Source: Candidatus Parcubacteria bacterium (GTDB lineage Bacteria > Patescibacteriota > Minisyncoccia > Phycocordibacterales > CAIZLB01). Taken from it: 64,000 bases of DNA. Location of the stretch: positions 379,958 to 443,957 of the forward strand of contig JBDKLC010000005.1 of the NCBI GenBank assembly GCA_039795775.1. The letters are read 5' to 3'. Numbering within the stretch: position 1 is the stretch's first letter; every line of letters begins with the position of its first letter. A model generated the notes under the pieces. That model was given only the letters and a program-made list of their open reading frames with translations, had not been told where the DNA came from and did not search any database. Position numbers and translations under genes: made by a program. Positions 59,177 to 64,000 of this stretch are shown here, one piece after another.

Positions 59177-59203
59177 ATATATGTAGTTAATGAATACTAT
59201 AGT

Positions 59204-60922
59204 TTACCAACTTCCTCCCCCGCCTCCGCCTCCACCACCTCCTGAAGAACCTCCTCCTCCTGAACCTGAAGACGATGAGGAAGGTGTGGATGTCAGTGCT
59301 GTTCCGGCAGTTGCACCGAATGCACTCATGTTGCTAGTAAGAACTCCAGCATTGAATGCTGTACCACTTGTACTGCTATACCATGTTGGTGGTTCCATAT
59401 ATATGTCTTCGAATTCTTTAGCCCATGCTTTTTCTACACCAAGAACCATTGCAAACGGAAGAAGTGTTTCGAACAATTCAGGTTTCTTTTCAGGAGCATT
59501 GTGAAAATTAATTCGATCTTTTTCAGCAATTTGCAAATACATTTTGAATCCAAGAATATCTTCTTTGAGTACTGCACCTCTCACAGTCTTTTTTGGCATT
59601 GCAATCCCAACAATAATAAAAACAATACCAAGAATAACAAGTTCAAATGTTACAAATGCTAACAAGAAAAATCCGATAACAATACATATAATTCCCCCAG
59701 CTACATATTTATCTCTAATAGTTGTTGGATTTTGCTCGTATATGTTTTTAGCAACCAAACCATCCATCACTTCTTTTTTAATGGCAGGTAGATGCTTATA
59801 AAATTTGTTTTTGAGGGATGTCATTGATACGACCTGTGCTTCATTCGCAAAAAGCTTATCGAGCAGAGTTCTATGAAAATTCTTTATAAGGCCTGTTGAT
59901 TCTTTTAATTTTACCAAACTATATTCAGACTGATCGAGTTCAATTTTTATATACCCAAGTGTTGCGAGATATATAATTTCTGAGGAAATTGCTTTAGCAG
60001 AAATATATTCTTTCAACACGGCATCAATCTCCATAGGCGTGAGTTGTTCTGGAGATGAGTACTGCGGAACAATTGTCCCTCGGCCTTTTGGATCACGACC
60101 TTTAAGCATCCATGTTCGTATCAGTCGAAGAGCAATACCAATAACAACAAGAGATGAAATAATGTGAAGAATATGTTCTCGGATAAAGGCGAGTATTCTG
60201 TCTGCAAGTGATGGTAGTTGTACGATTCCTTTTGGAAATCCTATACCTATCGTCATACCTTGATATGATTCCAAACGTTCAGATAGTTTAAATGTAACCG
60301 TTGAAATAGAAGGCTCACTAAATACAGATGTACACGAACGAGTTGAACCTCGTACTCCTTGATAACAAGATAACTTGAGGGAACTTGTATCTACAGCTTT
60401 TGGAAGTGTAACTCGAGTCTCAGCGTTATTTATAGGAATAAGCCATTCATCACCAGTAGCATTCCAGTACAGTTCATCAAATGAATCAAAATACTGAAGG
60501 GCATTTTTTACAGTATACGAAATAATGTATGTTTTTTTGCCACTGATAAGTATGTCTTTATCGCCAATTTTAATATTCTTTTTTCCGCTTCCAGATACGG
60601 TAAAGTTGTACGCTGCACCAGTCTCATCTTCTACACGAATATCAGAAATTTGAATTTTTCCAATAGAATTTTTTAATGTTGTAAGTGGAATAACACGATA
60701 AATACCGTGTCGCTCGAGATTCGCAAAATCATACAAAATGGTTTCTTTAACTTTAATTGTAGAGTCAGCAGAGATAACAATATCCGATTCAAATGATCGG
60801 ATTTGTTCATACGAACTTTGCGTGTCTTCTGGGGTGTCTTGAGCGAACACAGTTGAAGCTAGCCCAAAAATACTCACAAAACTTAAGACAACCACGACTA
60901 TAAGACGTCGTAGAAGCTTCAT
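59204..60922 (-). CDS. DUF2207 family membrane protein
   Basis: HGIYRVIP, ELYWNATG, LPFAMVLGV..W and C-terminal GGGGGGSW. Confidence 0.92.
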   Translation of the reverse strand: MKLLRRLIVVVVLSFVSIFGLASTVFAQDTPEDTQSSYEQIRSFESDIVISADSTIKVKETILYDFANLERHGIYRVIPLTTLKNSIGKIQISDIRVEDETGAAYNFTVSGSGKKNIKIGDKDILISGKKTYIISYTVKNALQYFDSFDELYWNATGDEWLIPINNAETRVTLPKAVDTSSLKLSCYQGVRGSTRSCTSVFSEPSISTVTFKLSERLESYQGMTIGIGFPKGIVQLPSLADRILAFIREHILHIISSLVVIGIALRLIRTWMLKGRDPKGRGTIVPQYSSPEQLTPMEIDAVLKEYISAKAISSEIIYLATLGYIKIELDQSEYSLVKLKESTGLIKNFHRTLLDKLFANEAQVVSMTSLKNKFYKHLPAIKKEVMDGLVAKNIYEQNPTTIRDKYVAGGIICIVIGFFLLAFVTFELVILGIVFIIVGIAMPKKTVRGAVLKEDILGFKMYLQIAEKDRINFHNAPEKKPELFETLLPFAMVLGVEKAWAKEFEDIYMEPPTWYSSTSGTAFNAGVLTSNMSAFGATAGTALTSTPSSSSSGSGGGGSSGGGGGGGGGGSW

Positions 60923-60926
60923 GGAG

Positions 60927-61493
60927 TTAGAATTTAACTTCTACTGGCTGTTGAGCTGCGTCAGCATCTGGAAGATCGAAGAGTTCCATCTTCTTGAAAT
61001 TGAACATACCAGCAATAACATTTGATGGGAATGATTCAACAGCAATACTCAAGTCTCGAACATTTGCATTATAGAATCGTCGAGCAGCCTGAATTTTGTT
61101 TTCTGTATCTGAAAGTTCTCGCTGAAGTTCGAGGAAGTTTGTATTTGCTTTGAGGTCTGGATACGCTTCTGCTACAGCAAAAAGAGATTTCAATGTTCCT
61201 GAAAGCTCACCTTCTGCTTGTGCTTTCTGTGTAAGAGTTCCTGCTGCACCAGCATTCATAGCAGCAGTTCGAGCGGCTGTTACTTTTTCAAATGCAGAAC
61301 TTTCGTGACCAGCATATCCTTTTACTGTACTAACAAGATTTGGAATAAGATCATATCGTCGCTTGAGCTGTACTTCGATATCTGCCCATGCTTCTTTTGA
61401 CTGATTTACAAGACGAACAAATTTGTTATACCCACCGATTGCCCAAAGAACAATGACCGCAAGGACTATAAGAATGATTACTGTAATAGACAT
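60927..61493 (-). CDS. lemA: LemA family protein
   Basis: WADIEVQLKRRYDLIPNLV, EAYPDLKAN, ARRFYN, FPSN. Confidence 0.95.
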   Translation of the reverse strand: MSITVIILIVLAVIVLWAIGGYNKFVRLVNQSKEAWADIEVQLKRRYDLIPNLVSTVKGYAGHESSAFEKVTAARTAAMNAGAAGTLTQKAQAEGELSGTLKSLFAVAEAYPDLKANTNFLELQRELSDTENKIQAARRFYNANVRDLSIAVESFPSNVIAGMFNFKKMELFDLPDADAAQQPVEVKF

Positions 61494-61557
61494 GTCTAAT
61501 TAATTGTTGGATTACTAATTGATATCAGTATATCATAGAGGTACTAATCAACTAGAT

Positions 61558-62673
61558 ATGAAATACATTCTCCGAATCCCCTTTTATGTACTTGTAATAT
61601 ACGGCCTTATTACTGTGTGGAATTGGAGTTCAGCAACTCCTTATAAAATGGTAGATGTCGCAACAATCAAACAACAGGTTGCTGAGGCGTTCCAGCAGGT
61701 GGCAAGTTCAACAAACCTATTTGCAGAAAAGAAAGATACCAATATACATATATATGTAGTTGGAGACATGATGTTTGATCGAGCTGTCAGAAAACAAGTA
61801 CAAAAATTTGGCTTTGAATATGTGTTTGGAAATTCAATAACAACCTTCGCTGCACATGACCTTGTGTTTGGTAATCTCGAAGGACCAATCACATCATCTG
61901 CTTCAAAAACACTTTTGCCTGGAGGCACACAATCGCAACTTCTCGTATTTACCTTTCCAACATCCACTGCACCGGCTCTCAAAGCAATGGGCATGGATGT
62001 AGTGAGTCTTGCGAACAATCATAGCCAGAACTTTGGGAGTGCTGGATTAAAAGAAACTAAAAAATTGTTAAACGCTCAAGGCATACAGTATTTTGGAGAA
62101 CCGACAAACGCGGGCGATGTTTCGACAACAACATGTATCATAAAGAACGACAAGAAAACATGTATTGGCTTCGTCGGCTATCACGAGTTCACTTACCAGA
62201 ACGAATCCATTGTGGCAAAAGCAATTCAGGACCTTCGTCCAAACGTAGATTTCCTTGTCGTCATGCCTCACTGGGGAAATGAATATGAACCTCGATACAA
62301 ACAATCACAGCAACAACTCGCGCACCAGTGGATAGATCTCGGTGCCGATGCAGTTATTGGTGCTCATCCACATATCATTACTCCTTTAGAAATTTATAAA
62401 AATAAGGCAATATTCTACTCTCTTGGAAATTTTATTTTTGATCAGTACTTTTCTTTTGACACAACTCACGGTCTCACACTCTCTATCGACTTGTCAGCTT
62501 CTTCGACAATATACAAATTGATTCCAATTGATAATACAGGTATCCGAGTAAAATATACGGACGCAACAACTACACAAAAAATGCTCAACTCGCTCGCTAC
62601 TATTTCAAAAAAATCAGTGAGTACTTCTACCTTTGAACAAATACGTTCTGGTGCTGTTACTTTATCTCGATAA
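61558..62673 (+). CDS. CapA/PGA_cap family metallophosphatase
   Basis: VGDMM, GNLEGP, SLANNH, HWGNE, GAHPH, YSLGNF. Confidence 0.92.
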   Translation: MKYILRIPFYVLVIYGLITVWNWSSATPYKMVDVATIKQQVAEAFQQVASSTNLFAEKKDTNIHIYVVGDMMFDRAVRKQVQKFGFEYVFGNSITTFAAHDLVFGNLEGPITSSASKTLLPGGTQSQLLVFTFPTSTAPALKAMGMDVVSLANNHSQNFGSAGLKETKKLLNAQGIQYFGEPTNAGDVSTTTCIIKNDKKTCIGFVGYHEFTYQNESIVAKAIQDLRPNVDFLVVMPHWGNEYEPRYKQSQQQLAHQWIDLGADAVIGAHPHIITPLEIYKNKAIFYSLGNFIFDQYFSFDTTHGLTLSIDLSASSTIYKLIPIDNTGIRVKYTDATTTQKMLNSLATISKKSVSTSTFEQIRSGAVTLSR

Positions 62674-62702
62674 GTGTTTACGTTGTCACTTTTGCCTTAA
62701 AT

Positions 62703-62730
62703 TGACACATATATAAACTCGTTTTACCAT
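62703..62730 (+). promoter_or_regulatory. Sigma70-type promoter
   Basis: TTGACA-17 nt-TACCAT upstream of the orphan gene at 62805. Confidence 0.55.
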
Positions 62731-62804
62731 TATATATAGGCCTCAGGTACGGTATCCCTGAACTCAAACAAACGCACAAAAACATACATTCAACTGCTCA
62801 TTCT

Positions 62805-63224
62805 ATGCAATACAATATTATTCGTCGGCTCATTAACTTGGCCGTCCTCACCCTCGTGATGATCTACGTCATCCAGAGCTACGGCTTCTGGATCCCGACC
62901 CTCATTTGGGTCACTTGCCTCGGCATCGCAGCCCTGTCCTTATGGATCTGGAATAAGTTCGACTACGAAACAAAACCAGAAGGTAAAATGATCCTACTTT
63001 TGACTAGCGACTACTCGCCGCTGGTCTGGATAGTAAGGCTTATTTTCCCAGAAGATGATGAAGCTTCAAAAGATTTTGACGATCTTCTTTATCCACGGTG
63101 GATGTGGTTTTTCGTCATCATCGACATCTTTCTACTCTGCTGTATCTTGATAGTCGCAACCCCCTTTATGTGGGCTGCATTCTGGATTGATGCCGAACGG
63201 TATCCCCCCTTCAAGGTTCCCTAA
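62805..63224 (+). CDS. Hypothetical membrane protein (orphan)
   Basis: Several TM helices; own promoter and GC-rich hairpin at about 63253-63284. Confidence 0.6.
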   Translation: MQYNIIRRLINLAVLTLVMIYVIQSYGFWIPTLIWVTCLGIAALSLWIWNKFDYETKPEGKMILLLTSDYSPLVWIVRLIFPEDDEASKDFDDLLYPRWMWFFVIIDIFLLCCILIVATPFMWAAFWIDAERYPPFKVP

Positions 63225-63422
63225 TAGCTGGGGACCTCTCACACAACTTCAAGCCCCGAGGCGCCACAAAAGGCGCCTCGGGGCTTCAACATTTCAATAT
63301 ATAGGCGATACCGAAGGCTATATTAATGCCTCTGTAGGGCTACTATTTGAAGTAGATACGTATTTATATAAGACAGCCCCAAACGTAGACAAATTGCTCC
63401 AATATGCTATACTCGTTGGGCA

Positions 63423-63680
63423 ATGACAGCAATTTCCGTTATACAGATTACTCTCGCCATCCTCCTTTCAGTGGCTATTTTGCTACAGCACTCAGATGCT
63501 GGAGCTGGAGGAGCTTTTGGTGGTGGTGACTCTGTCTCAAGCTGGAGAACTCGACGTGGTTTTGAAAAGGTATTATTTGTAGCCACAATTATATTGGCTA
63601 TCCTTTTCGTAGTATCTGCTATTGTAGCCCTCTCTCTTACGCCTGCCGCTACACCTGCTCTTCCTGCTGTAACTCAGTAA
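63423..63680 (+). CDS. secG: Preprotein translocase subunit SecG
   Basis: ILLQ....G.GGAFGG...TRRGFEK then a second TM. Confidence 0.9.
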   Translation: MTAISVIQITLAILLSVAILLQHSDAGAGGAFGGGDSVSSWRTRRGFEKVLFVATIILAILFVVSAIVALSLTPAATPALPAVTQ

Positions 63681-63791
63681 AACCCCGTTTTATCTCATTA
63701 TTTTCAGAAAATAGCCCCTTTGGGTGTCATATTTTCTGCTGAATAACGTATATTCTCTATATATAACTCTCATCAATAATATTGAACCGTT

Positions 63792-64000
63792 GTGAACAAC
63801 GATCTTGAACAACCATCTTTATACTGGCGAATAAGACGTGCAATATCAGCTTTTGGTGCAACTGAAAAAATTGTCTTTGGCTTTTTTGCGATTATTTTCG
63901 TACTAAGCGCACTTATTGTTCTTCAAAAAATCAACCGGTCTTTCATGACTGATGTCCCTGTTCGTGGAGGTACACTCGAAGAAGGCGTTGTGGGTTTTCC
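63792..64000 (+). CDS. Peptide ABC substrate-binding protein (family 5-like), 5' part only
   Basis: Open frame from GTG to the window end; TM then VPVRGGTLEEGVVG. Confidence 0.7.
   Translation, partial: MNNDLEQPSLYWRIRRAISAFGATEKIVFGFFAIIFVLSALIVLQKINRSFMTDVPVRGGTLEEGVVGF

Noticed and set aside
59190-59504. Poly-proline ORF on the + strand
   Set aside because: It is the antisense shadow of the Gly/Ser tail of the DUF2207 gene.
1-64000. Genetic code 25 or 4 (TGA read as Gly or Trp)
   Set aside because: Conserved genes are full length under the standard code with no in-frame TGA; TGA is avoided rather than shown to be reassigned.

Overview
This AT-rich, gene-dense chromosomal window is most consistent with a Patescibacteria/CPR (Parcubacteria-like) genome. 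Supporting signs are a tandem VirB2/TrbC-like pilin cluster, a short ValRS, a degenerate HisRS-like gene, a class II ribonucleotide reductase and almost no biosynthetic genes. It contains about 74 CDS (gyrA, rpsA, pth, lepB, rpsU, ybeY, ftsA, ftsZ, trxB, tsaD, valS, lepA, typA, mscL, murJ, nrdJ, msrB, htpX, lemA, secG and others), five tRNAs and RNase P RNA. I saw no CRISPR array, integrase or transposase. The most notable unexplained signals are: (1) two ungapped 85-bp pseudo-palindromic elements, each with terminal inverted repeats and seven helically phased TG-started pentamers at identical 10-11-11-11-11-10 spacing, that bracket valS-prsW-hsp20; (2) no TGA stop in any gene called, alongside CGA as the dominant Arg codon; (3) core genes that look leaderless, interspersed with self-contained orphan-gene units, two of which share a leader motif; (4) a Cys-rich micropeptide facing a Fur-family gene across a Fur-like box; (5) a structured mini-element that duplicates the tRNA-Leu 3' end; and (6) a near-identical DNA block shared by two pilin paralogs. 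All product calls come from motif recognition only; no searches were run.
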